A stretch of DNA of 64,000 nucleotides. Source: Nemertoderma westbladi. Its lineage: Eukaryota; Animalia; Xenacoelomorpha. The translations under genes were made by a program, and so were the position numbers. Position 1 is the stretch's first letter, and each line of letters opens with the position of its first letter. The stretch spans positions 1-64,000 of the forward strand of contig JAUCBJ010008566.1 in the NCBI GenBank assembly GCA_032718475.1. The letters run 5' to 3'. Below are positions 9,197 to 22,190 of the stretch, in pieces. The notes under the pieces are model-generated. The model did no database searches. It worked only from the letters and a program-made list of their open reading frames with translations, and was not told where the DNA came from.

Positions 9197-10796
9197 ATGA
9201 CGGAGTTGATAGAAGATGATCTTGGTATCAGGGAGCGATATACTCTACCTTTACAAGCATTTGTGGATAGCTTGATACGCGGTGAAGCCGATCCAACCAT
9301 TACGGAGGACGATGGTCGTTATATCGAACCGCCGATGTCCCAAGAGCAACTTACGCGTGAATTGGACTATCGAAAATTCACCGCTCGCTATACGCATCGT
9401 AATGGTACGTATATGGACTTCTTAACTACCGGCCATCCTATCGATTTACATGATACGGACGATGTAGACACCGAAAGGGAAATGGTTCTATTTAAATATC
9501 ATACCCAGCGGAGTCGTAACGATAAACCGAGAATAGAACACGAAAATTCTATTCGTAACAGACTGGAAAGAGAAAACGTTGAAGAACCGGATAAACGCAT
9601 CGACTTCAAAGACTACCTGGAATTTTTGAGAGAAACCTATCTCAACATCGCCAGTCAGCAGAACCTCGAGACTCTATATCCTCAAGGTATACATCATGAC
9701 CCCATGGTAGAACTCAAACGGCTCTATTTCACTATGATGTATCTTACCGCCGATCGTCCACTACCTGTTATCCCGGATAGTTTTGAACAAATGGAAGAAT
9801 ATTGCAAAACTGGAGAACGATCACCCGCGTTTCCTCTACAGGACGTACGTCTTTGGTGTTATTGTGACGAATGCCCTAGACCCAACCAACAAACTGAAGG
9901 ACACAAACGTCCGCTGTTCCTATTTCCACGAACAACCGGCGATGGAAATTTATTGTGCATATTGCAGACTCAATAACTTGCACATTTTTGCGGTTTGCCC
10001 TCAATTTATGACTCAATGTCACCATTGTCAACTAAAGGGACACGCCAGTTTCGATTGCCCTTTTAATCACGATTTGGAAAGCGTAGATGAAATGATTACA
10101 CTACGTTACATCAGAGCTTGGGAAGCGAACGCTGATTTACATTGTGATTCGCGCCATCGCTATTATCCTGGACGCGCTTACGAAGGAGTTTATGCGTTCC
10201 ATCCTTATCTATTCGCTTCTGTCGAACAGAAATCACGCATATCGAGTTACGAACTACTGAAGCGCGTCGGAGAATGTATTTCAACCAAATTCGTACGCAA
10301 ATTTCTCAGGAGTGTTAATCCTAGCGACCTTCATTCCTATAACTTAATCAATTTTATCCGTCAGGATCCGGGCTATGGAGACTTATTTGTTAACTCACAC
10401 CCCGAGTTACAGGAAGTCTATCGACGGCCTTACGAATACAGAGCCCACGAACGCGAGTTGGAAAGAACCATTAAACCCAGGAAGTTTCTGACTGCCTATG
10501 GTCCACCCACGGCTCTCGTTCAGACCACTCATAAAGGACCCGTAAGAGCGGCCGTCCTAAAACGCGCTCTAAAGGACGTTAGACGTTGATGTCTCTCCTC
10601 CGACGTTGATGTCAACCAACCCGGCACTTCGACCGGCGGATACACCGACCATAATCCTACACCCTCTGATGCAATCATATTGTACCCTTCACCCAGGAGT
10701 TATAGCCCTCCTTGTAAAGTGGCTCGCCCCAAAGAGAAAAAGACTCTGGCCAGCTTTAAAAAACTGCGTAAACGCCGTCCGCGCAAGAAAGACTAA
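9197..10796 (+). pseudogene. Extra 3' ORF of BEL copy B (multi zinc-knuckle protein), with one frameshift and one premature stop
   Basis: ORFs 9197..9976 and 9783..10589 plus a tail ending KKLRKRRPRKKD* at 10796. CHHCQLKGHASFDC is a C-x2-C-x4-H-x4-C knuckle. Homologs in C, D and E. Confidence 0.8.
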
Positions 10797-10873
10797 CTGT
10801 TTAGAGTATTTACGTATATTAGAAACTGTGATTTTGTATATTTATAGACTTGAATCCCATTTTCTGGGAGCGG

Positions 10874-12060
10874 TGTAAAAGCTTTTGCGGATATAATCAG
10901 TCCCCTTGCCCGCAAAGTACCGTGTGGGTGTTTTAACGGACATAAAAGTTGTTTTTCTATATGTGTGCTTTGGCGGACATGGCAAGACACAAAACCCGCA
11001 ATGCGTCAAATCCTCTAGCACAGTGTAGCCTTGATGATTCAGATTACGACATCTAACAGCTGGTTGCTGGCATGGAAACGGCCGTTGGACACATGGTTCT
11101 TTGTTCAGCTTAACAGCCAATCAGAGCGATTTTTACTTTAGACGTGGAGATATTCTACAGATCGTACTAGGCGTGTTCAGTCTTACTGTTTTCTGTGTTA
11201 CAGTTTTGTTGTTGCTTCTAGGCCAAGAACACCGGCTCTGGAGTCAATTTGTTTCAGACTTTAGAAGAAACATTAGTAGGCTTAGATTATAGAACGTATA
11301 ACTGTTATCAGTACAATCAGTGCTACATTAATGCACGGTGCAAGTCACTGCAACATACATTATTATACTGCTATTTACTGTTGTCATTATTTGTATCAGT
11401 TGGTTGAATATTATTACTTGGAGAACATCGATAAATAACCCAAATTTCCCAATTTTCTTGATACACTACAGGTTAGAGAGACAGGTTACATATAGCGATT
11501 GCGACTTATATTATCGTGGTTTGTAGTGAATTTAATGCTATTTGATAGGCACTACATGAGTCAATTGCTGTTCTCTTTATGTATGATAAAATTCATTGAC
11601 GGTCGGCAGATTAGTGTGCAGTATTGTGCTGTACCGGTAGTGTGCATGATTGTGGCTGATAACTAAGCATTTCCTAAAGAATGCGCCTCATACGTGAATC
11701 ATAAGCCTTACCTTCTTACCGTTGTGTTTAGTATAAGTCATATCTCTGTTTACCTAGATAGAGCGCCACGTCCTAAAGGAACTGTTAATATTTCCCGAAA
11801 GTGAATAATATTCGTCAGAAATTATTTATTAACGATCAATCGAATAATACAGTAAGCTTACACTGCAATAAAATCTAAGCCCTCCGAATCCAGTCTCCCG
11901 GGTATATCCAGCGGGTGAATGGACGCGCACTAGGCTGGCTTCGGCTAATGTTGTGTTTATTGGTATTAAATACTTGTCATATGTTGAAGTCTATTTATAA
12001 ACCAAAAGACATATAAATTTTGGCAGGTTAAACTGCTAAAGGTCTTCAAAAGCGCGTACA
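10874..12060 (+). repeat. 3' LTR of copy B (1187 bp)
   Basis: TGTAAAAGC...AGCGCGTACA, preceded by a short purine tract GGGAGCGG (putative PPT). AATAAA at ~11867. Confidence 0.9.
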
Positions 12061-12734
12061 AGGATCGTAAACTAATATAATGGCATTTAACTGCGAGGCA
12101 TACAGTAGTCAGCTCGTTCAACCTAATTTGTTCGGACCAGACCAGACTGCAGAGCTCAGACTCAGTTTGAGAGCCAGTACACTCAGGACAAGCAAGCGAA
12201 TCAACTATGACTGGGAGAAACTCAGAACTGACAATGCAGTAAAGGAAGCTCACACAGTAAAAAGTTCAACATCGCAAGAGAGAAAAGATGTTAAGATACT
12301 CCACTTGTGATTCGTTTATGGATTTGTTTTTCCCGAACACATTTACTGCCGTCAAGAAGACAACAGATTTATTGGACAATTCGTGCGCTTTACAACCAAA
12401 TCCCAGGTCATAACTCCCACAGAAGTTCTCTAAGAGTACAAGAGCTGCGTTACGATAGTGTTTCATACTTTCGAGATACTTTTCCACAGCTGATAGAACT
12501 TTGAAGCACATCGGGTTTATATTATTAAAATTTTGAAATTCATGAAAAGTCATAAAAATTGGTAAAATTTCAAATAAAATTTTCTATATTACATGGTGTA
12601 GTAAAGACATTAGGAATTTCATATAAATATTATTGGTTGGCTTAAATATCTCAAGATTTGCAGGCAAATAATAAATATTTTTGAGCCGTCCAGCATGCAT
12701 TCTTAAATTATTGAGAATGCATGCTGGATGGCTT

Positions 12735-14745
12735 CGAACTATTTGACCAACCGAACCATGATCCGAACAATTTGACCAACCGAACCATGATCCCAACAAT
12801 TTGACCAACCGAACCATGATCCCAACAATTTGACCAACCGAACCATGATCCGAACTATTTGACCAACCGAACCATGATCCGAACAATTTGACCAACCGAA
12901 CCATGATCCCAACAATTTGACCAACCGAACCATGATCCCAACAATTTGACCAACCGAACCATGATCCGAACAATTTGACCAACCGAACCATGATCCCAAC
13001 AATTTGACCAACCGAACCATGATCCCAGCAATTTGACCAACCGAACCATGATCCCAACAATTTGACCAACCGAACCATGATCCCAACAATTTGACCAACC
13101 GAACCATGATCCCAGCAATTTGACCAACCGAACCATGATCCCAACAATTTGACCAACCGAACCATGATCCCAACAATTTGACCAACCGAACCATGATCCG
13201 AACAATTTGACCAACCGAACCATGATCCCAACAATTTGACCAACCGAACCATGATCCGAACAATTTGACCAACCGAACCATGATCCCAACAATTTGACCA
13301 ACCGAACCATGATCCCAACAATTTGACCAACCGAACCATGATCCCAACAATTTGACCAACCGAACCATGATCCCAACAATTTGACCAACCGAACCATGAT
13401 CCCAACAATTTGACCAACCGAACCATGATCCGAACAATTTGACCAACCGAACCATGATCCCAACAATTTGACCAACCGAACCATGATCCCAACAATTTGA
13501 CCAACCGAACCATGATCCCAACAATTTGACCAACCGAACCATGATCCCAACAATTTGACCAACCGAACCATGATCCCAACAATTTGACCAACCGAACCAT
13601 GATCCCAACAATTTGACCAACCGAACCATGATCCCAACAATTTGACCAACCGAACCATGATCCCAACAATTTGACCAACCGAACCATGATCCGAACAATT
13701 TGACCAACCGAACCATGATCCGAACAATTTGACCAACCGAACCATGATCCCAACAATTTGACCAACCGAACCATGATCCGAACAATTTGACCAACCGAAC
13801 CATGATCCGAACAATTTGACCAACCGAACCATGATCCGAACAATTTGACCAACCGAACCATGATCCCAACAATTTGACCAACCGAACCATGATCCGAACA
13901 ATTTGACCAACCGAACCATGATCCCAACAATTTGACCAACCGAACCATGATCCGAACAATTTGACCAACCGAACCATGATCCCAACAATTTGACTAACCG
14001 AACCATGATCCCAACAATTTGACCAACCGAACCATGATCCCAACAATTTGACCAACCGAACCATGATCCCAACAATTTGACCAACCGAACCATGATCCCA
14101 ACAATTTGACCAACCGAACCATGATCCGAACAATTTGACCAACCGAACCATTATCCCAACAATTTGACCAACCGAACCATGATCCCAACAATTTGACCAA
14201 CCGAACCATGATCCCAGCAATTTGACCAACCGAACCATGATCCCAACAATTTGACCAACCGAACCATGATCCCAACAATTTGACCAACCGAACCATGATC
14301 CGAACTATTTGACCAACCGAACCATGATCCGAACAATTTGACCAACCGAACCATGATCCCAACAATTTGACCAACCGAACCATGATCCCAACAATTTGAC
14401 CAACCGAACCATGATCCGAACAATTTGACCAACCGAACCATGATCCCAACAATTTGACCAACCGAACCATGATCCGAACAATTTGACCAACCGAACCATG
14501 ATCCCAACAATTTGACCAACCGAACCATGATCCGAACAATTTGACCAACCGAACCATGATCCCAACAATTTGACCAACCGAACCATGATCCCAACAATTT
14601 GACCAACCGAACCATGATCCCAACAATTTGACCAACCGAACCATGATCCCAACAATTTGACCAACCGAACCATGATCCCAACAATTTGACCAACCGAACC
14701 ATGATCCCAACAATTTGACCAACCGAACCATCATCCGAACAATTT
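12735..14745. repeat. 29-bp minisatellite, ~69 copies, consensus CCGAACCATGATCC(C/G)AACAATTTGACCAA
   Basis: Head-to-tail units with no spacers; two main variants (CCCAAC and CCGAAC). Confidence 0.98.
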
Positions 14746-14829
14746 TTGAATATGAGGGGAGGAGAGTAAAATACTATTGAGTTTTTCAGCTGTATCACCA
14801 GTGATTACCGGTATTTAGATTAGAATTAA

Positions 14830-16193
14830 CCCTTTTAGGGCCGGGCGTTTTTTACCCCCGCTTAGGACCAGCAGGGGGGGGGGTCGAATCGACCCATCCT
14901 TAATATCTCGGCCCCGTTTTGGTCAATCGTCTTGACATTTGGTGCATATATACTATGATATGTCCTCTACAAGTTGGTGAAGTGGTAGCACCTAGTTACT
15001 GTCGGTTTGCCTAGTTACTTAGTTACTGCCTAGTTACTGGCTGTCTGTCTGTTGTCTGTTCTTTTGGATGTACATACAATACAGAAAAATTTTATCATGG
15101 CTTAGTTTCATTCAACAACATACTCACTGTATGTGGATAATGGTTTCTTTACCAACGCATGACGCTCTGGTCTGCTAGTCTGTAGGTCTGTTCAACTTTG
15201 TCTGTCTGTCCGACTGTCTGTCTGCTTGTCTGTCAATTAGAATTACAGTAATGCTTGTAAAGTTCTATATAATTTTGGAAAAAACACAATACAATTTCAA
15301 TAATTAGATATTATTGATTTACTCATATGAATTTTATGTTTATCGATGAGTGTAGCATTTACCTTAAATAATGAACAGATAGACCGACAAACAGACAGAC
15401 AGACATACAATAAATTACAGACACCACAGACGTCATAAAATGTCTGTTTGAACCAAATGTCTGTTCTTATACTGCAATTTAGTAGATAAATGTACTTGAC
15501 TAAAATGGACAGACGGACAGACCGACAAACAGACAGACAGACAGAAATTAATTTGCTGTCCACCACTTCTCTTCTCACCAGCCGGATACCACAGCTCATG
15601 GTTGTGTACAGGTTGATCCTGCCGGCGGAAACTGTGCCCAGCAAACATCAGGTGGAATTTCTGCAGGGTGATGCTGGGTTTTGGCAATGATATGTTACCA
15701 TTGTTGTATAACACATCATTGCTTATTTGTGCGTTATATGCAACGTTATGCAATTTATACAATTTATCCTTGAATTGTCTTGATTTACTTGTAAGAAATT
15801 TATATTTCATTGATAATTGTAGCATACCAGAGAAACAGACAGACGGCGGACAAACAGACAGACGGACATACAGACAGACAAGCAGACTGGCAGACAGACA
15901 GACATAAACGTCGTATAAATTTCAGAGACCTCATACGTTATAAAATATCTCAAGTAAGCAATTGAGGGTGCTTACACTGCAAAGTAATAGATACAATAAT
16001 ACTTACGTACCATATTTTTCATAGTTTGAAAATTGACAGACACATTTGACAGACAGCCAGACAGACATGAGCGTATATCTTTTTACAAGTTTATGTCCTT
16101 TCGGTAGAGCAACTATATTGGGAAATATATTCAGCAGCTCAAGTCTTTACATATTTTTACAGCACCAGCGCAAACACCAGGGGGTCGATTCGA

Positions 16194-16224
<31 letters not shown>

Positions 16225-16235
16225 CTCTAACAGGG
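14830..16235. mobile_element. Non-autonomous piggyBac-like element (MITE)
   Basis: TTAA at 14826-14829 and 16236-16239. Terminal inverted repeats CCCTTTTAGGGCC / GGCTCTAACAGGG match 11/13. Subterminal inverted motif GGGGTCGAWTCGACCC at ~14878 and ~16181. Confidence 0.8.
15570..15750 (-). pseudogene. Fragment of an RTE-like LINE C-terminus inside the MITE
   Basis: ISNDVLY...LMFAGHSFRRQDQPVHNHELW resembles the RTE C-terminal motif RLRFAGH...LVLW and the fragment at ~21790-22190. Confidence 0.6.
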
Positions 16236-16303
16236 TTAAGTAGTTCCTTGCTGTATGTACCTTTAATCTATAAAGTTGTACTACTTAATGTCACCTAAAT
16301 TAT

Positions 16304-16702
16304 TTGTACTGTAGTCAAAGAATGGATAGAACAATGGATAGAAGAACATGTGTTGTCAAGCGACGGTGTGTCAGTGGAGATAGAGATAATCGGGGTAGTC
16401 CCCGTTTGTTTCCTGAAATTCGAAATGGACGAAGTAGTGCGCAAGGGTCTCGTGTCACTAGTAACGGGTCGCCATCAATGGGAACCCGGTTTGTTAATAG
16501 AGTTCACGGGGTATACCGATCTGCGAGGAGTTGTGTGTCTGCGGATGATGATGGTGAGATGGTTGAAGATCCATCGAGAGAAGGCAATGATAAAATAGAT
16601 AGAACGGGGGGAGGTAGGCGAAAAGTTATGGAAGATACTATTAAATACACAAGAAATTCGCGACGGAGCGCGACGCCTTACAGGGAAATTATCCACCAAT
16701 AA
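16304..16702 (+). CDS. Short paralog (C-terminal module) of the orphan repeat protein at 22868
   Basis: RDNRGSPRLFPEIRNGRSS...IIHQ* matches the C-terminus of 22868..24796; the downstream non-coding sequence is also homologous. Confidence 0.4.
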   Translation: MYCSQRMDRTMDRRTCVVKRRCVSGDRDNRGSPRLFPEIRNGRSSAQGSRVTSNGSPSMGTRFVNRVHGVYRSARSCVSADDDGEMVEDPSREGNDKIDRTGGGRRKVMEDTIKYTRNSRRSATPYREIIHQ

Positions 16703-18565
16703 ATCGACAAAAAATAAAATATTCCAAAGTTTATAAGTTTAACATTTTGATTTTATACAGTAGTAGGAAGAACACCACTTATGGAAGCCAGACTTTTTTA
16801 TGCGAAAAAAGTATTAATTTAGCTTAATTAGGTCTTTAATTCTAAAAAAAATTAATACAGTTTACATACCGTACAGAAGGCACTGCGTAAACAGAATTCC
16901 TACTGGTATCCGGTACCGGAGTCCTAGAGTAGGCGAATCTAGTTATTTTAATTATTATTGTATAATTTGGTTATATTGGTCAGGCACAAACCCTAATTAA
17001 AACTGTAATGTAACTCTAACCCTAAGTCATGGGGCTCTAATCTAAGAAATTTTGTGGAATTTTGAACCATTACCAAAGGCCAAACTAAATCGCAAATAAT
17101 TACAAATAGGAAACGAAAATAAAAATAAGTGCGTGAAAAATATGATGAAAATGAACATGCTGGTTCCAAAAAATGTAGTATCGGATAATAAAAATGGAAA
17201 ATTACGGACAGACGGAGGAGTAGTCTTTATAGTGAATTTTTTAAAATCTCACGCAGGCTGCTAGGGGGCGACAAATTTTTTTTCATATTTTTATGTACTT
17301 TTGATAATTTTCTTTTTGATGGTACATCGTTTTCTATGCATTTTTTAACCACATTGGAGATATATACAAAATAAGAACAAAGCAGAGGTTGGGCTTCCCC
17401 CTTAATATATTGCGCAGTTTTTCGTATATTTAAATATCGCATGCTACTTCTAGTTACCGAGATATAAGTCATTCATGTGCGACAGGTTAGTGTAAATGTT
17501 TTTCCTTCCCCCGAGATTCCGATCACCTTATAGAATTAATTAAATTATTCTGGAACATCAATCTTTCTATCCTTATTTTCCCATCATTTAAATAATGATA
17601 TTTTTTCACTTTACGCGACACGACAAATATAACTCTACGATAATTGTTACATAATTATATAGTGACATATGTGGAAGTAATTAAAAAATAAAGCACAATA
17701 TTATCATTACCGAATATAATTCAGAGTATGTATTTATGTTGGGTGGGGGTCCAAGTCGTCTCGGTTTCTATGTTGTCTCTTTAGCACACATTGGGGTTTC
17801 CTTGAGTTTGATGATGGCAGCGAGTTAGAAGCTGGTTAACTCGTCACCCCGGGCTGCCTCATCGCCGAAGTCCAGGGCACGCCAGGGGCGTCGTCCCCCT
17901 CAGAGGCACAGACAGCTAGCTCGTAAGAGAGCAAATTGCAGCCTTCGACGTATGCCACGTAGCACTTTTCCTAGACCACGTTCCCGCATGCCTTCATTGG
18001 TATTTACTAGGGACTCTGCGATGTGGGATATAAATATGTCTGTCTGTTTACACCACACACCGACTGTTGTGCTGATGAGTGGTGGAAAGGAGATCCTCCA
18101 GGCCTCACATACGTCGCAGTAGTGGTCTTGCTTCGCGTGGACTTGTTGTTCTAGGATTCACTGACTGGTTGGTCTGGGCGTAGAAGGGTGCATTGGCATG
18201 TACAACAGCAATGTCGAAAGACGCAACCCTCTGATTGGCCCAGATCCCATGTGCAACAAGGTCCGCCTGAACCCCACCGACTGTCAGTCCCTGCTCATTG
18301 AGACCTGACTTGAGGGTTACCTCTCGTTCGACCATCGATTTCCCTACCACCACCGCAATGAGGACTACAAATACCTCTCTCACCTCATTATGCCTCTTGA
18401 TGACCAAGCCACCAGTCTTGCAGCTGAGGGCATGTGTACAGGTGGATGGCTGACCACATCCCTCACATCGCTGACCTGGTGGTGTAAGGCCATAGCAGAG
18501 AGCGAGTCCATCTCGGAATATTTCTAGGTCCAGGTCTGTGTTGTCGAGTGCAGAAGGTTGGGCAG

Positions 18566-20266
18566 TCAGCCAGCTGCCAGCTTGTTGGTAGCTGTCTGGG
18601 TAACTGTTCGACTGCAGTTGGTTGGGAGCGATTCAAGTGCAGACTTCATGGAAGCCTTGAAGGCTGCCTCCTGCTCTGTCCTGCACTGTGCCATGGCTGT
18701 TTTGAGGGTCGCCTGATGATCAGCCACTCGGAGGTCGTTACCAGTCATGATGGACTCGACAATCATCGCCGTTCCGGTGATAGAAGCTGCCCATGATGGT
18801 TCAATCCTCGCGACTAGATCCCGAATTCCTATGCCACCATGGCGGGAGGGCAGCAGAAACAGATTCGTTGGATTGGTGGCTGATGGAGTACCAAATAGTG
18901 CTGGAATGGAGTGCAAAGGAGTAGAAAAAGCGGTTTGCGCGGCAAAGGAGTGTGGATCGTATTGTGGCTCTACATCACTCGCTATTGTATTGACCACTTG
19001 GAGGAGGTAGTCCCACTCATGCTGTACGCATCGAGACATTCCTGTGTGGGCTGTCTGGGGGTACTCCCCTGTTACCTCACTGAGCTTGGTTATACTCTGT
19101 ACCCATCTCCCTACTTTGTCTTTCACGAATTGCTTGCACCCCTCTGAGTCGCCTATGAACCCACCAAGGAATTTGTGGCCAGTGACCACTTGTATATTCC
19201 ACTTTCTGAATATGGTACGAGCTTGCTCTTCCAGCCTGGGCTTTACCACCAGGAAGAATTTGGTGGGCTCTGGGTTGTAGCCTATTGTGGGGCCACTTGT
19301 GGTGAGCTGGATCCACAATTTGTACACAGCGGCTAGCTTGCCTGCAGTGGAGGAGTCATCTGTAAACCAGCATTGGCGACTTGTCTCAGTTGGACCTGAG
19401 GTGGTGATTAAGGTTTGCTGAGGCTTCGTGGTGTTGATGTCTACAGTGGCGTTGCTAGTGGTCGATGAAGCCGAGATGTTGCCTGGGATACGAGACTGAT
19501 TACGCAGGGGCTGTGGAGATGGTGCGGTGGTGCTCAAAGGGTCTGCATTGTCTTTCCTCTCAGACTGAGCTGGTTTGAGGGCACGGACTAGAGGCAAGGT
19601 GCCACACCCACACATTAGCATGGCAAGGGGATCGCTCTGAGTCATGCCCTCTGCACTCCAAAGTGGTTCCTCACTACCGTGGAGGTATAATGTGACATGC
19701 CCATTATAGGCATTATAAAGGAACCTGGAGCACCGGTGCCAGTAGTGATGGCAGTTCATGAAGGCAACTGGGCAACTAAGTGAGTTAAAGGCGTTTGTTG
19801 CATCAATGTGGAGCATACAGTCGGAAGATTGGTCATCGAATAATGCTGACATGGCATGGATTCCACCCTCGATGCCCGCTTTAACGTCTGCACACAGCTG
19901 ATCCACACCAAATTCTACGAAGAAATCCATATTGGTGGCTGAGGCGAGGCAGTTGGCAAGGAGGCGGTATAGAACCTCCCCGATGCCGATAGGGCGGACT
20001 CCTGGCTGTTTGTCAAGGGCTATAAATCTACAAGCCCTGAGTGCCCTGATCTCGCCCCAGGGAACTACGGAGTTTGCTAACCGCCATGCCAGCCCGGATA
20101 CTGCCTCACGGTATCGAGCACTGTGGGAATTGTATCTGGTCAGTACTGCATTCCAAAACTCGGCATCGTCTCCCATTGGTCCGGCTGACCCTTTGAGTAT
20201 ATGGGTGACTTTAAGGCCCAGCTGCCAAAGTGACATCCACACCCTCAAATGGAGGGAGAGGATCAT
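18566..20266 (-). pseudogene. Reverse transcriptase region of the CRE element
   Basis: 566-aa ORF with CRE-type RT motifs. The catalytic region reads FTDD, with a ~60-aa low-complexity insertion before it. Confidence 0.85.
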
Positions 20267-21789
20267 CGTTCTTGAGAATGTCTGAATAAATGGGCATCTG
20301 TGGAGGATGTTTTTGGGCCAACAAGTCTCTCACAGTGGTGCCTTGAGGTTGACCCTCGGTTTGTGACTCTGGATCCAAGACACCTCCGTTATCCCGATAT
20401 GTGACCCAATGAATGGTTGCTCAGTTCTGTCCTGCAAGTATCTTTCTGTTAAAGATCTTCGCTGTGTTGCCTGCCTTTGAGCCCTTGTGGGTTGGGAATT
20501 TGTTGCTGCTGCGCTCTGCTGCTGTTACCAGAAGGCTGCGTGATTAATCACTGGATGTCTGGGCCTTTTTCACATCAGGATCACGTTGGAACAAGGTGGA
20601 CATGAGAAACAAATGTCGCTCTGATGGGTGGTTGCCATTTGTCACATAGTTAAACTCATTTGCAAGCAACTCATTAGCTTTTCTGCCTATGTTACCTCCT
20701 GGAACGAGATAACGGCGACCTGGTAGCTTAATGAGGCAGGCATGGCGGCTCTGTTGATGTTCCAGGTGCATTAACCCAGTCCCCCTTGAAGGAGGATTCT
20801 AAGAATTCGGTGGTTGGGGGATTCTGCATTGTACCATACATATTGATATTCTGTATTCCTTATGTGGGCTGCTCACTGTCGCTGGGGTTCCCCTTGGCAC
20901 ATGTGTTTGGGCAAGCAAATGGAGAAAAGTCCCTGGCATCAGTGGAGATGTCTTCATCGCTAATTACGGGAGATGGTGGGGCATCTAATTAGAGTGATTT
21001 AGTGATGGCTGGAGTGGTCCTTGTTGGGTTCCTATACATACAGTCCCATTACCATGGGCATACAGTCTTTGCAGCCTGACTTTGATTTCACACAGCTACA
21101 TCTGCTGGTGGGGCTACATCCTCTTGCGTCATACCTGCAGCATCTATGTGGTTGTATGGATGACTGTGACAATTAGGCTCTCCCATGGTTTATTGAGTTG
21201 TTGCTTGGAATGCATTGACAGATCATCTGCTGAGCTTGGTTGATCGGCTGGGGTGGACAGACTGAGTACTGGGCGTGTCGGGTTGGCATAAGAACTGGAA
21301 CAGGCAAGAACATTTACCCCAGTTGCTGAACTGTCATTGTACATGATCGCTGAATCCGCCAGGGGTTGTGTGCCAAAGGCAGGGCTTGCAAGAATGGGCC
21401 AATCAACGGGTGGGTCAGCCGGGTCGGTTAAGCAGTCATTCTGGCTTGCTTGATTACGTAAATCAACAGTTCCCTCATTGGGGATGGATGGGTTGCACCT
21501 GGAGGTGCTGCTAGATGCTCGGAATTGGCTGACCCGGCGATTGCGGGCTTATTGTCGGAACTTGTGGCAGCCTGATCAGCTAGCAAAGAAGCTCCATCGG
21601 CTGGTTCAACAAGAGTGAACATCTGGGCATCGGGGCCATCTGTGGGTCTGGTTTCTGTGGGACTATCAGGCAGGGTCTCATCTGCATCCACAAGGGTATC
21701 CTCGTCCGCCAATATATCGCTAGGTTTGGGTGGATGTGAGAATGGGCTACTACTAGGATCGGCATGCTGCATTGCAGCTGCATTTTCAA

Positions 21790-22190
21790 GAATGCTGTGC
21801 CGGCTTATCGACAAAATTGCACAGCCACAACTCCCTATCACCCATGACATTTGCTAGATCATCGGCATCTTCAAGGCCAGTGTCCTTTAAGATATGTCTC
21901 AAGAAAGTCATGGGCTGTCCACCATGCTTATTCACTCCATGAGGCTGTCAAAGTACAAGATTATGCACTGGCTGGTCCTCACGGCGAAAGCAATGTCCTG
22001 CAAAGCGGAGGCGATTTTGTTCTAGTGTCAAGCTTGGGGGAACCAATGAGACACCTCCAATGTTATATAGTGTCTGGTTGGAGATGTGTGCATTGTACTT
22101 GACACAATGAACCCGGCGTAGCATTCTTGTGCATGTGCCATCCAGAGATTTGGTGTCCTCAGCAGTTAGAGCGCAGCATGGACTCCCATT
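21790..22190 (-). mobile_element. 5'-truncated RTE-like LINE fragment nested in the CRE element
   Basis: LDGTCTRMLRR...RLRFAGHCFRREDQPVHNLVL, then ...LKDTGLEDADDLANVMGDRELW, typical of RTE C-termini. Confidence 0.7.

Larger units (their letters stand above)
5790..12060 (+). mobile_element. BEL/Pao copy B, 3' part (integrase, 3' internal region, extra ORF, 3' LTR), interrupted in pol by copy A
   Basis: Pol-homologous frame starts immediately at the outer end of A's LTR (LHTSGNDAADP... matches LHVARDDAVD... in E). The copy ends with an LTR at 12060. Confidence 0.9.

Noticed and set aside
9197-10796. env gene
   Set aside because: No signal peptide or hydrophobic transmembrane anchor is visible; zinc knuckles and a basic tail are present instead.
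4580-12060. Single element bounded by inverted LTRs (DIRS-like)
   Set aside because: A's LTR interrupts B's pol mid-frame, the integrase is DDE type rather than a tyrosine recombinase, and the two LTRs belong to different subfamilies. This is nesting.
12080-12310. Possible LINE linker fragment (KRINYDWEKLRTD)
   Set aside because: Too short and degraded to assign.
12735-14745. CRISPR-like array or long ORFs (MVRLVKLLGSWFGWSNC...)
   Set aside because: Units are contiguous with no unique spacers and no cas genes nearby. The ORFs are open in all three minus frames only because the 29-mer lacks stops.
16194-16222. Long poly-C runs (also ~28089-28112)
   Set aside because: Homopolymers of unreliable length; the first is part of the MITE subterminal repeat.
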